NCBI RefSeq assembly: GCF_009834535.1
Contig: NC_045697.1
Span: forward strand, 15,936,001-16,000,000
DNA: 64,000 bases
Origin: Camelus ferus
Taxonomy: Eukaryota
Direction: 5' to 3'
Position 1 is the stretch's first letter. The number at the start of each line of letters is the position of its first letter. The position numbers and the translations under genes were made by a program. Below the pieces are notes generated by a model. It saw nothing but the letters and a program-made list of their open reading frames with translations. It was not told the DNA's origin and made no database searches. Shown in pieces: positions 13,244 through 25,710 of the stretch.

Positions 13244-14363
13244 CAATTTTCTTAGTTGGAGGACACTGTAAGATATTATTTGGTTCTTCTAGCTTATAGT
13301 TTTAGGTATATCTGCCTCCGTAAAATGTTTAGTTTAACATTTATCAGCTACTTATATCAGGCCAGACCCTCTTGCTAGGCATGGAAAGGAAAAGATCATA
13401 TAGTTTGTCCTCAAGAAGCATATTAATTTCTTCTAGGCTCTGAACTTTAGCACAATGTTTTCACACAGAAAATACTTAGGAAAGGTTTGTTAAGTAAATG
13501 GAAAAAATTTTGAACCATTTGGGATTATGAACATGCGGAACTCAATAAATGTATATAAAATGAATCAATGAATTCTGGGTGAGAAGTAACAATGCACTTA
13601 GTTATCCCTATGTTGCCACACGTCTGGGTATGTGTTTCTGAGCAATCAAACTAAGTTTATCACTGTTATTAATTAAGAAGCTTAAACTAAACCCGCACCC
13701 TGGAAATTCGGATTCGTATTAGAATCTGCCACTTTAAAAATAACCCCTTGCAGATTCAGTTGACGTCTTTCCGCTAGATGGTTTGATATGGCCGTGGCTT
13801 TCATCTTTGTATAATAGAGTATTATCTGGTTACAACACTTAATTCAATTAACATTATCCTTTAAATTTCTCCATCCTTTGTTGAAATGCTTCAATTTATT
13901 CCTCTTTTATCCTTGCCTCTCCTTTTTCAATCTTAGAAACTACTGTCATTAATCTACATCTTTTGAGGTTATCACTTCACTTTAGCCAGGAACCATTTCA
14001 TTCTTATCATCCACAGCGCATCGTCCAGGCTGTTCTTCTCTGTGCTGCATATTGTCATCAATATTCCATCCTTATATATTTTTAATCTCAGCCAAGAATG
14101 TTGTATCATCTTCAATTCTGGTCAGATAAAATAAATGTTCCATTGGATATGTAAATGATCCTCTAAGCCAGATGAATTAGGAGGTTTTGCTTTCAGTGTT
14201 GAAAAAAGATCTTTATCCTTAAATCAGACATTATGGAAACAAACGAAATGTTACATGCTGGCATATTTTTAAATGCTAATTTTTTTACCTCCCCATGAAG
14301 AAAAAAATGGCATTTGCGGCTCAGGATTTGCTCTGGAAAATGAACTCTTTTCATTTATTTACC

Positions 14364-14403
14364 AAAAAAAAAAAAAAAAAAAGAAAGAAAAAAAAAGAAA
14401 AAG
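14364..14403. repeat. Poly(A)/A-rich tract
   Basis: Read directly from the sequence. Confidence 0.9.
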
Positions 14404-14544
14404 AGAATCAGGGGCACTTAGGGAAACTTTTATTCTTTGTCTGTCTCTCCAGCTGTCAGGTTATAATAGGACTGGCCTCTGCTTGTTGGAGCTGGAAGCG
14501 AATGGATGCTACCCAAAGTAGCCGGAGAAATCAAATCCCAGAAT

Positions 14545-14700
14545 GTTTTAACTGGAAGGAATCTAAAATGATATCTGGTCCAACTCTCTGTTTTTATAGT
14601 TGAGGAAACTGAGGCTTAAGGAAATTAAAGGAATTATTAAAGGCCACAGAACTCTAAAGACTGTACTGGAGGCCACGTTTCTCGATTCTCAACTCAGTTC
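14545..14700 (-). mobile_element. MIR-type SINE
   Basis: ttttatagttgaggaaactgaggcttaagg...aaggccacag. Confidence 0.7.
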
Positions 14701-15805
14701 TTTTTCTCCATGTCAAAAACCAACCTCTGCACAGTGAGTAAAACAAATCAAAAAGATGAATTTGTGGAAAAAATTTCCATCAGCCAGCCAGGAAACTCAA
14801 GGCTATGGGAGCAATGGCTCTGAGTTACTCAAACTGAGGGATTTTGTGTAAATGTGGGTAAATGTGGAACTCATTTGGCTTTTTCAGCTGATTCATTGCC
14901 TAGCAGTCTTCTTCCCTGTTTGGGTCAGGGTAGCTGAGTCAGGAGAACAAGGAAGTCTGGAGGTGACATGAACAGACTTGGCTTTTGGGGCATAGCTGGC
15001 GTCCTCTGCTGATTTCTGAGACCAGCTGTAGGTTCCTTTAGGGTTAAGTTTCCACTATATGCCTGCGTTGACTGTCTCCATTTTGTTTCCCTGATATAAG
15101 TGACTCCATTAGCTTGGTTCTGTAAATATCATCACGCCATGGTACTTTCTCTTCATCACGATTTGCTGAATATTTAAGTGAAGACTTCATGAGCAAATCA
15201 GAGTCCTTAACAATAGATGTTCACTGGGAATATTCCCAAGTGGGAATATCAAAGCAAGGTAGACCTTAAAATAAACAATAAATGGAATTTTGATTTACAG
15301 CTAGGTAATCCATGGTAGAGGCAGAAATAAGAGCATGGGAATTATTAGTGTCTGGGTCTCCCATAGTGTTGAAATAACTAGTTGTATCAAGACATAAAGT
15401 CTACAGAAGGGGAAAGCGTAAATGAGAGATGGAATGTTTGGAAGTTTTAGATCAAAACAAATGGTTTGGATGTAGATCTATCTGAAGGATGCCTTCCTTT
15501 ATTACCTTTAAGTTTATTTATTAAAGATCCAAAAGGAAATTCGGATAATTAATGGAATACAAAACAAAATCTATGAAGATCAGCAATTAAAACAAAATCA
15601 ATAGAAATCGTTCTGATATTGAAAGCCAAATTGTAACCAAAAATTCAGATGATAACAAATCCAGTGACTGCCATTGTGATTAGCTGCATCCTCTGTTAAT
15701 GATTTTGGACCATGAAGTTGTTTCTTGTGTCTTACACTTTAAACCTTGTTCCTTCCTACAAAATTCCAATTACGGGTGCCTAAGCTCATTGTGATTTGGC
15801 CCTGG

Positions 15806-15894
15806 GGCTCTGTGTTAGTGACCACACAAAGATACAGAAGACCCCGTCACTGCCTTCCAGCGGGTGGACGCCTAGTTGGGGAGGAAGGTAAAAT
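15806..15894 (-). repeat. Arm A of an 89-bp inverted repeat (L2 3'-end-like sequence)
   Basis: 82/89 identical to the reverse complement of 18599-18687 by manual alignment. Confidence 0.95.
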
Positions 15895-17739
15895 CACTTT
15901 TATGTCAAGAGGTCAGGTTAATCTGAATTTCGTGTTGTAAGAGTTCCTTAAAGCCATCCTTACAGCCTAAAGACTATCAATAACTCAGCTATATGTGGAT
16001 GTGACTTTGAATGGAACCATGAGAATCTGCCCCCCTGAATCCAGACTAAATGTGTCCCCAAACAACTTTCCCATTTACAAAGAAAAGTAGAGACCCAAGG
16101 AAATAAGTGACATGGCTTTGATCACCTGCTGATCAGTACACAGCTGGGAGAACCCACATCTCTGGGTCCTAGTCTGGTGACATTTTTACCGACTTCATTC
16201 TTGTATGTCTGGGTTTTCCTGTGTTTCCCACTACATTTCCCTCTTGGCACTGGGACCTTAGGAATCTCCCCAGTTTTCCAAGTGGATGATTGTCAACGTT
16301 TCCTAAAAAACAAATGTTTCATTAGATTCTCCAAATGGAGGATATTCGATGGATTCCTGAACCTTTGATGATACAGTTGCAGAAAGATCCCTCTTTATGG
16401 AAACAGACTTTCTACAGCCTGACCCCTGCCTTGCTCATCAGTCTTCTCTCTTGCTATTCTCCGAGGTGCACTACAAATTTTCTTTGCTTAGGAATTTTTG
16501 CATCCCTCTGATTTTTTCCCTCCTGTTTTTATAATTGTGTGTCTCTGGGTGGAATGCCCTTCTGCTTTTTTTCCTGCCTGGCTAATTATTCCTAGGTTCA
16601 GGTTGGGATATATATGGATAAAAAAATTGTATATCTCTCACCAGTTTTTCAGTTTCCAGCAATCCCTGAAACAAATTACATGCAGCACCATGTATCTACA
16701 AAATTACCTTCAGATACAGCAAATGGTTGCTTTATAGTATCACCTCTTAGCCCTAAGAGGGGACTGCACAAATATTCCAGAGGTGTAGTTTGTAGTTAGC
16801 AGGCAATACAGTGCAAGCCAGTTCTTGTTTTTAAATGTTATGCCCAGAAGAGATCTTTGAAATTTTATAAACAGATGGATTCTTTTTGCTTGATTCACTA
16901 ATGTTTTATAATTAACTAATTAACAGGTTTATTGCCAAAATTAGCAATAAAAAGTGTTCAGGAGCTTCGACCAAAGCAGTCTTTTGCAATTACATAGATA
17001 CCAAACAATCTGCATGATAGTTGGAGGCTAAACGTTGCCCACATCAGAATTTCACCTGCTGTTTTCAAATAAAAGTTGACAAATACGAAAATGAACCCTG
17101 CAGATTTCCACGCTCCTTTCAAATACACCAGACTCTACCTTAATTAATAATAATTACAGGTAACACAAACGAGAGTGAGAGGGCCTAAATGTGCTCATAT
17201 TGCTTTCAAGTGTGCAAAATTGCCTAGCACACACGGTTCTGAAGGACAATAAGGAACTGTTTTTATGTAAAGTCCATCTGTTCTTCTTCACCTAATGGAA
17301 CCTTAGATGACCTATTCAACCTTGTCTCCTACTGTCCCCACCATGGGCCAGGTCCATCTCCTGTCCTGTGAGTCATCACCACACCGCTTCTCTGGTCCTA
17401 CAGCTCACTCCTCTCTAGCATGACCCAAACTTTGGCTATAGTCAAATCCTCATGTTTCCTTAAATAGGCCACATTCTGCACTTCGCTTCGGTGTGAGCCA
17501 TTTTTCTGCCTCGAGTACTTTCTGGGCTCCTTTGTCATCACAAAGTTTGGGCATCACCTCTTTTGGGATGTATTCCCTGATCAATCCTCTATTCCTGTCT
17601 CCAGAAGATGGAATTCGATTTAGGAGGGGGAGGAGGGCAGGATATGTTCTCTTCTTCGTGGTGTCCCTTCACTGAACTCTAAGCAATTTCCAGTGAGGGA
17701 ATATGGTTTTGATTTTAAAAATAATTCCAGATTCAATAA

Positions 17740-17850
17740 ATATCTATTGGAAGAAGGAAAGAAAGTAGAAACGAGTGAGTAAGGGAGGGAGGGAAGGAGA
17801 AAAGAAACTTAGGAAGAAAAGAAAGAAGGAAGGAAGGAAAATGAGAAAGA
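17740..17850. repeat. GA-rich low-complexity tract
   Basis: ggaa/gaaa-rich run. Confidence 0.8.
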
Positions 17851-18449
17851 CATGCTCTTGCTAATTCCTAGGCCCTCTGTTCAGCGTATTCCCTCTGTCT
17901 GGAATTTCTCAGTTCATCTCTCAGAATCCCCATGGAAGTTTCAGTTTGTACCATATCACTTATTCCTACACTTTTTTTTTTAATTCCTACACTTTTATAA
18001 GCCTTGTTTTAGACTTTCATTTTTTTCTGGCATAAAAAATATCTGCTTCATCAATTAGGTTATAAATTCTTGCTGGTAGCAGAAATGGAACCTCATTATT
18101 CAAAAGGACTTCATGAACTATGACCCACCCTAAGCCCCTTCCCATAGTGAGAATCCCGTTGGTCACAGTTCTGGTACTTCTGAAAATTCTCCTGAAGCTT
18201 TTTTGGTGCCTAGCTCTTGGTAAACACTCTCTGTTCATGATGAATCAATAAAACTGTCTTTGTGCTTAATAAGATCAAATGCTACTCATTATTTTATTGA
18301 TTTATAAAATTAACTGCTTTTATATTTATACCCTACCATGTTCCCAAGAATACACGTGATTGGATAAGAATCAGTGATGATCTCTGAGCCTTCTAGTGTA
18401 GCCTGAGCAGTGAGTTAAAGTACAGCATATGTGTCTTCATTTCCTGATT

Positions 18450-18700
18450 TTCTAGGCTCAGTTCAACTGACACTTCCTCCTGGAAGCCTTCCCTGATTTC
18501 TCCACCATGAGGTAAGTAGTCCTCCTGTGTAATTCCAAAGCACTACTGTATATAAATTCATCACAACACAGCCTTGTATAGCAATTATTCATCCCCTAAT
18601 TTTATCTGCCTCCCCAACTAGGCGTCCACTCCCTGGAAGGCAGTGACAAGGTCTTCTGTATCTTTGTGTGGTCACTAACATAGAGCCTAAGACATGGCAT
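18450..18700 (+). mobile_element. L2 3' fragment containing arm B (18599-18687) of the inverted repeat
   Basis: cacttcctcctggaagccttccctga...tctgcctccccaactagg...ggaaggcagtgac...gcctaagacatggca follows the L2 3' end layout. Confidence 0.75.
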
Positions 18701-19965
18701 TCCTCTCCCAAGCCATCCTCTATTATGCTACAGGAGCTCTCCTCTTTATAGACACAAGCCTGCATACATACTCCCCTGCAGAAAATCCTCTGAAGACTTC
18801 TTATTTTTTGTAGGAGGAAATATAAGCTCTTTAGTTTGGAAAAAACATCTTTCATCATATGGCCCAGTCAACCTCCCAGTCCCATCTCTACCCTCATCTT
18901 GTGTTCTAGGCGCTTTGAACCTTTCAGGAGTTACATGTCCGTTGACTCCTGCATTTCCTTACATTTTGAATGGAAAAAACAATCTTTCTTTCCATTGATC
19001 TCTGCCAGCTGAATATTTCTCTTCTTGGAAATGCCCCGTCCTTCCTTAAAGACTCAGCTCAAACATTACCTACTTACTGGTATTTGGAAAGCACTTTGAC
19101 CCAACATACCACACAGCCATCATTCAACAAGCACCTACTAAGAGAAACAGAGAACTGGGAATCAGAGACTCACTATGTGAACATGGAATCTCTTTACTTG
19201 TTTGCTTCACTCACCCCACTAGGCAGGAACCCTGATGGTTTTGCCCTCCTGTTTCTCGCTAACAAGGCAGTGTCTGGCCAATTAATGACAGTTTGGATGA
19301 ATACATTTTCGGGCATTTCTTGGTTGTTGATTCATTATCAAACTAAACTCAATATTGGGTTTTAACAGCTAGTCATTTTACATATCATTTATGAAAATGT
19401 AAATGACTAGAGGTGGAACTTCCAAGAGTGAATTTTTTTTTCGGAGAGCTACTTTGTAAAACTCTCTGTATTAATTCTAGAAGAGACAATATCTTAATGC
19501 TACCATCTTTCTAATCTGTTCGTTTAGAATTCCATTTTTTCACTTTCATGCTTTCCTGTAGTTAACTTTTGCATTAACATCATCTTTGACATTGTATTAG
19601 ATATAATGCTTTAATTTTCCAGGATAATGTATAGAGAATTAGGTATACAACTTCTCTACTGATAATGGTAATGCTGATAATGACAGTTTTACTGTTCAAA
19701 TTCCTTGCATATTTTATTAAAATGTATACAGTTATTTCATCCGAGTTTCTTGGAGGAGCTGGGCGGACACTATTCATGCAACTTTATAGGAAATCCAAAT
19801 CTTCTTAATTCTCATCTTTTTTTTTTTTTTTTGTTCTTGTTGTTGAGCAGTAACCTAAAGATGTACTTTTCATGAAGGAAAAAAATGCAGTACAGACATA
19901 TAGCCTAGAAAGAGTGACATTCAGTGTGTACACCACACAAATGCAGTCAACACATGTAGAGTCTT

Positions 19966-20313
19966 TTTAAATTTTTAAAATTTTTATTTATTTATTTATT
20001 TTTAACACTTTTTATTGAGTTATAGTCATTTTATAATGTGTCAAATTCCAGTGTAGAGCACAATTTTTCAGTTATACATGAACATACATATATTCATTGT
20101 CAAATTTTTTTTCGCTGTGAGCTACCACAAGATCTTGTATATATTTCCCTGTGCTATACAGTATAATCTTGTTTATCTATTCTGCATATGCCTGTCAGTA
20201 TCTACAAATTTTGAAATCCCAGTCTGTCCCTTCCAACCCTCCACCCCCTTGGCAACCACAAGTTTGTATTCTATGCCTATGAGTCTGTTTCTGTTTTGTA
20301 TTTATGTTCTTCT

Positions 20314-20348
<35 letters not shown>

Positions 20349-20868
20349 TTCCACATATGAGCAATCTCATATGGTATTTTTCTTTCTCTTTCTGGCTTAC
20401 TTCACTTAGAATGACATTCTCCAGGGACATCCATGTTGCTGCAAATGGTGTTACATTGTCATTTTTTATGGCTGAATAGTATTCCATTGTATAACTATAC
20501 CACATCTTGTTTATCCAGTTATCTGTTGATGGACATTTAGTCTGTTTCCATGTCTTGGCTATTGTAAATAGTGCTGATATGAACATTGGGGTGCAGGTGT
20601 CTTTTTTGTAGAGTTCCTTCTGGATATATGCCCAGGAGTGGGATTCCTGGGTCATATGGTAAGTCTATTCCTAGTCTTTTGAGGAATCTCCATACTGTTT
20701 TCCACAGTGGCTGCATGAAACTGCATTCCCACCGGCAGTGTAGGAGGGTTTGCTTTTCTCCACAGCCTCTCCAGCATTTGTCATTTGTGGACTTTTGAAT
20801 GATGGCCATTCTGACAGATGTGACGTGGTACCTCATTGTAGTTTTGATTTGCATTTCTCTGATAATTA
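19966..20868 (-). mobile_element. Relatively young LINE-1 3' fragment (ORF2 C-terminus, 3'UTR, tail)
   Basis: ORF2 peptides [40 protein letters not shown] and [35 protein letters not shown] (frameshifted). Confidence 0.96.
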
Positions 20869-20989
20869 TTTTTTGGGGGGGTAGGTAATTAGGTTTATTT
20901 ATTTATTTTTTGGAGGAGGTACTTGGCATTGAACCCAGAACCTCATGAATGCTAATCAGGCTCTCTACCACTTAAGCTATTCCCTCCCC
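20869..20989 (-). mobile_element. tRNA-Ala-derived camelid SINE (vic-1-like)
   Basis: Reverse strand ggggagggaatagcttaagtggtagag...gggttcaatgccaagtacctcc...aaataaacctaattacc. Confidence 0.88.
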
Positions 20990-22104
20990 ACTATAGAGTC
21001 TTATTAAAGTGAGCATCAGTTGGTTAAACCCACAACGGAGGCCCAGAACAGTTTCCAAGAAACCAAACCAGGAACAATGAATTCTACGATGTCTTCTCCC
21101 CTGGGAGAGCACACCCAAATCTGGATGTATTTACCCAGAGTGGAATCATGCTCATCTGATCTCTACTTAATCAAATTGCTGGATTAGTGCTTTTCTGGAC
21201 TGATTTACTTCATTAATTGACAGTCTCTATTCTGTCTCTAAAATCTGTGTGCTGACAGCCCAAACTGTCCCTCATGGCCTGTGTGCTGATAGGCCACATA
21301 TTTCAAAGTCAATTTCCTTGTATATTTATTTTTTGATGAAATGTATCCTGTGTGTAAAAGAGTATTTAAAACATTTATGATTCCCTTAAGAGAAAATAAT
21401 AAAATCAATAGCTGGGTATCCACTGTCTAGCTTGAAAAATGGAAAGGTGTGTGCCCTTCCCTTAATGTATCCCTCTCACCGCTCTTCCTCCCGCCCCCGG
21501 CACTCTCCCCAGGGTAAACAGTGTGCTGACTTTCCCCCAAATTACGCTCTAAATTTCCTTTATGGCTTTATTTGTACACCTGAAAATATGTTGTTTTCTT
21601 TTTATCTGTAAGTAAGTAAAATAATATGACACATCTATATCTGTATCTTCTGTGACATATTTACTTGGCTAAATATTATTTCTTTCCCTTGTTTTATTTT
21701 TTCCCTTTATATGTTGAGATGTTACGTGCTCAGTGGATTTGTTTTTTTTTGTTGTTGTTGTTACCCAAACACCTGTAACAGAGTTATTTGACCACCATCG
21801 CCATCTCTTTATTGTCCTTCCAGATATTCAGGACCTTAAAAATCTAACCTTAATCACCCCTCTTTCCAGTTTAAATCTTAATATTATTTTGTATTTTAAT
21901 TCTCTCCTATTTTCCTCCAACAAGTAAAATTTCTTATTGTTATTTTGCACAGTCAATGTTGATTTAAATTTGCCCACATTTTCCTAATTTTTTTCTTAAC
22001 GTTCTATCTCAGATATTCTATCTGTGATTTTTTTCTTTCTGTGTAAAGTATATCCCATAGACTCTCCTCTGTGGAGAAGCTGGGTTGAACTTCTCATATA
22101 TTAC

Positions 22105-22940
22105 CTGTCTGAAAGTGAGTTATGGACAAGGAATGTCAATGGAAGGGATGCCTGTTCCAACAAAGTTAGGAAGACATACAAATGATATACTTGGTTATAA
22201 ATTTTGTGTGGCCAGAGGAGTGCCACTCTGAATAAAATACGTATGGATTCATGGGAAGATGTGACTATCCTGGACAGGTGGTAAGACATTTGGAAGGAGA
22301 CAGATTAGAAGACTGAAGGCAAGGAGATCTGGGATAGAGGCATGAAGGTGGATATATGGGAGTGGGTACTAAGTGTAAAGATCTTTACAAGACAATGTTC
22401 ATAAGAGAGCATCCTCCACAAAAGAGGTACTGAACAACCAAGTATTCAAAAAAAACCAACCTTGGCTAGTTGTCATCGGCCAGCCTCTGACACTGGTCAC
22501 CCAGTGCTGATATGATGAGCACGTGAATGAGGTATCCATGGTGACAGAGATGGAGAACATGAATGGCCTCAACAACACGGACTTACTCTCATCAAGGCTG
22601 ATGTAGCTGTTGCCACTGCCAAGTGGCCAACTGATTGAAAATAGATACCAACGCTGAGACCCTGACACAGCACCATTCTTTGAATAGACCAATAAGCCAA
22701 TTGATGGCAGGTTGATCACATTGGGCTCTTTCTACCATCGAAGGTCCAGTGATTGAGTCTCACAAGAATAGATACATATTCATATATGTGTTCTCCTTTC
22801 CTGGCTCAACCAGCACCACTATTGAAGGACTTCTTCATCTTGGACTCACTGGTCCATCCCACATAATATTGTGCCAGTTTATGGCAAATAAACATGGAAG
22901 TGGGCCTATAAACAAGACATCTATGGATTGTATCATATAG
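22105..22940 (+). mobile_element. Decayed ERV-L internal pol segment (RNase H to integrase), many stops and frameshifts
   Basis: Manual translation gives MDSW...GKEIWDRGMKVDIWEWVLSVKIF, NNQV, QQHGLTLIKADVAVATA, WQVDHIG, TRIDTYS, collinear with HERV-L/MuERV-L Pol motifs. Confidence 0.88.
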
Positions 22941-23196
22941 TGGAGAATGGAGACACTGAATACCACTCGTGGCCCAGAAACCACCTGCAGTAGTGGCGGT
23001 TGTCTTTTGTCCCACTAGCCTTCCTCTTCTACGCTTCTCCCAGGAAAAGAGGCCTGCTGGAGGCGTAGAGAAGCTCAAACATGCTAAGAAGTATAGTTGA
23101 AAGTCACAAGGGATGGACTGTGATGGACAAGGCGGTGTTTTGCTTAGCTGTCTCTTCATAGGGTTTAGTCCCCTATCTGGAAGTTCTATTGAATTT

Positions 23197-23468
23197 GACT
23201 CAAAGGCATAGAAAACAAACTTATGGTTACCAGGGGGGAGGGTGTGAGGAAGGATAGATTAGGAGTTCAGGATTTGCAGATGCTAACTGCTATATATAAA
23301 ATAGATAAACAAGGTCCTACTGTATAGCACAAGGAACTGTATTAAATATCTTATATAATGGGCTATAATAAAAAATACGAAAAGGAATATATATGTATAA
23401 ATGAATCACTATGCTGTACACCAGAAATTAGCACAACTTTGTAAATCGACTATACATCAATTAAAAAA
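23197..23468 (+). mobile_element. LINE-1 3'UTR fragment inserted in the ERVL region
   Basis: catagaaaacaaacttatggttacc...tcactatgctgtacaccagaaa...caattaaaaaa. Confidence 0.92.
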
Positions 23469-23479
23469 CACAACAGAGA

Positions 23480-23823
23480 TCCTTTAGATAACAGCTTTGT
23501 CACAGAATTTCTTGGCTGCAGATAGCCACCTTGCCCAAAACCACAACCTTCCTGGGATGGTTTATATCTAATGACTGATCAAAACAGATGTGTAAACACC
23601 AGCCATTTTGGCCCAGCATGTAACAATTTCCTTGGGCCATTTTATTTTCAGAGTTCCCTGTTGGGTAGACTGAAGCCTCTTTGGGTTTCAATTTCCCCTT
23701 CTGTTCAATCTTCCTATCTTCCCTTTCCTTTCACAGTTGCTGATCCCAGGGCTGTTCCTTAATAGTCACCTGGTACATTAAACTCCTAGTGAAATCTGCT
23801 TCTGGAGCATCCAACCTGTGACA
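23480..23823 (+). mobile_element. ERVL LTR 3' part (LTR16-like)
   Basis: cctttcacagttgctgatccc...attaaactcc...tctgcttctggagcatccaacctgtgaca, terminal CA. Confidence 0.75.
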
Positions 23824-23829
23824 ATGTTA

Positions 23830-25046
23830 TACAAATGGAATTTGTTCAAGAAAGGTAGGGTCAGTTTGCTAGCACAAAGAATATAGGGAAAATCTAGAAA
23901 CTCAAAACCTTGCAATATTGAGAAAGCCAGCAGATCTGAAAGTGGCAACTAGCAAAACCTATCAACAAATAAAATGACCCAGGATAAAGTCGTATTATAG
24001 ATTTGGCCCCCTCACTCATTATTCCAAATAGCCTTAACGTATCTGCCATTAACCTGAGAGAGAGGTGTTTGGGACAAGAAAACAAGGAAATAAATCATGT
24101 CCGAAAACAATGTCTCTAAGAGTACTTCTGATATTATTACTGGCATGTGCAAATGACTGAAAGCAAATAGATCAGAAACTTATTAAGTTTCTAGAAAACC
24201 TATATTGACAAAGAAACTACAAAGATAGGTTTTTAAAAAGCAAATGACCTTTTAGATTTAAAACAACCCTTGGTTTCCAACTTTCCATGAGTAGAAGCTC
24301 AGTTGTGAAACTTGTACAAACCACAGGAGTGATGGATCACAAAGCTCAACTTACATGTGGCAAAGTAAGGAAAATGAATGACTTTATGGAGAGTGACACC
24401 ACAGGGCATAAGACCAAGGGACAAAGATTCTTCCAAAAAGGGAAAATCAAGGCTTAATCGAGGAAAATCTCCCTTGAGTAAGGAGCATGCACTATGTCTG
24501 CCCAGTGGAATTCCATGAATATTATATATTTTCTATTGATTTCTTTGAGAATGGGAATACTTATTGCAATTATTATTATTTTTTCTATTTCACCATTGAT
24601 TTGATGGGATGGAACATAATGGTGACTTTTTAGTTTAGAAGCATGTTTGAAAAGACTAATACGATGATCAGAATTCTTGGAATTTGAGTGGAGGGCAATA
24701 ACTCGATGGGACTTTAGGTTGTGGCTGAGTGTCGGTAGAAGACTGGAATGGTTTGATGACTGAAGGACAAACAGAGGCAGGGATAATGCTGTGCATTAAC
24801 CTTATCATTTTTGGTTATTCTATGACCCTCCAGCTCTTTCTTCTCCTTTGAAAGCAACTGTGGAGACCACTTGTTGAGACGGAAGATCCACAATATCCCT
24901 GGGGCACTGCCAGGGAGACAATTTCCCTGAAGAGTTGCATAATTCAGTTTGGACTTTACGTGAGTGAGAAATACATTTATTTTAAGTCACTAAAACTTGG
25001 GGCTTACTTTGTTCCTACACCATAGTCTAGCCTATTCTGACTAATA
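23830..25046 (+). mobile_element. MaLR internal remnant followed by an MLT1-type LTR (~24780-25046)
   Basis: LTR end tggactttacgtgagtgagaaatacatt...agtctagcctattctgactaata; upstream part resembles MLT1 internal sequence (weaker). Confidence 0.6.
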
Positions 25047-25486
25047 TGTTCTCTTTCTGGACCATCAATTAGGTTTATGCCAAATGTTTTCTCTCTATTC
25101 TCTATGACTCCTACCTTCTTTCAAGCTTTCAATCATCTTTCTCCCTAGGATGCCTTCTGGATAATTTATTTGGATCTATCTTTCAGCTCATTAACACTCT
25201 TGCCTGCTGTCTTCAATTTTCTGTTTAATTTACCCATTATATGTTTGATGTTAATTAATTGATTTTTCATGTCTAGGAGTGTGACTTAGGTCTTTCCAAA
25301 TCTATTTAGTTGCTAGTTATAGTCTCTTTTCTCTGCTTTTACTTTTAAGCTTCTCTTTTATTCCTTTAAACATATTGAACTTGTGTATTTTATACTCTGC
25401 ATCTGATATTGCAATTACGAAAGACTTTCATTTCTGATATTGGCATCTCTTTGTTCCTGCTGGCTGTCATTTTTGTGTCTCCTTTA

Positions 25487-25586
25487 NNNNNNNNNNNNNN
25501 NNNNNNNNNNNNNNNNNNNNNNNNNNNNNNNNNNNNNNNNNNNNNNNNNNNNNNNNNNNNNNNNNNNNNNNNNNNNNNNNNNNNNN
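25487..25586. other. Assembly gap (100 N, probably unknown size)
   Basis: Exactly 100 N next to a simple repeat. Confidence 0.99.
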
Positions 25587-25710
25587 TCTTCTTCTTTCTC
25601 TTTCTTTCGTTCTTCCTTCCTCTTCTACTTTCCTTCTTTTCTTTCTTTCTTCCGTTCTTTTTCCTTTCTTTTCTTCTTTCTTTTTTCTTCCTTTCTTCTT
25701 TCCTTCCTCT
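25587..25710. repeat. CT-rich (TTTC/TTCC) simple repeat
   Basis: Read directly from the sequence. Confidence 0.95.

Noticed and set aside
20344..20854. ORFs with real protein similarity (103 and 105 aa)
   Set aside because: Frameshifted C-terminus of L1 ORF2 in a truncated copy; not a host gene
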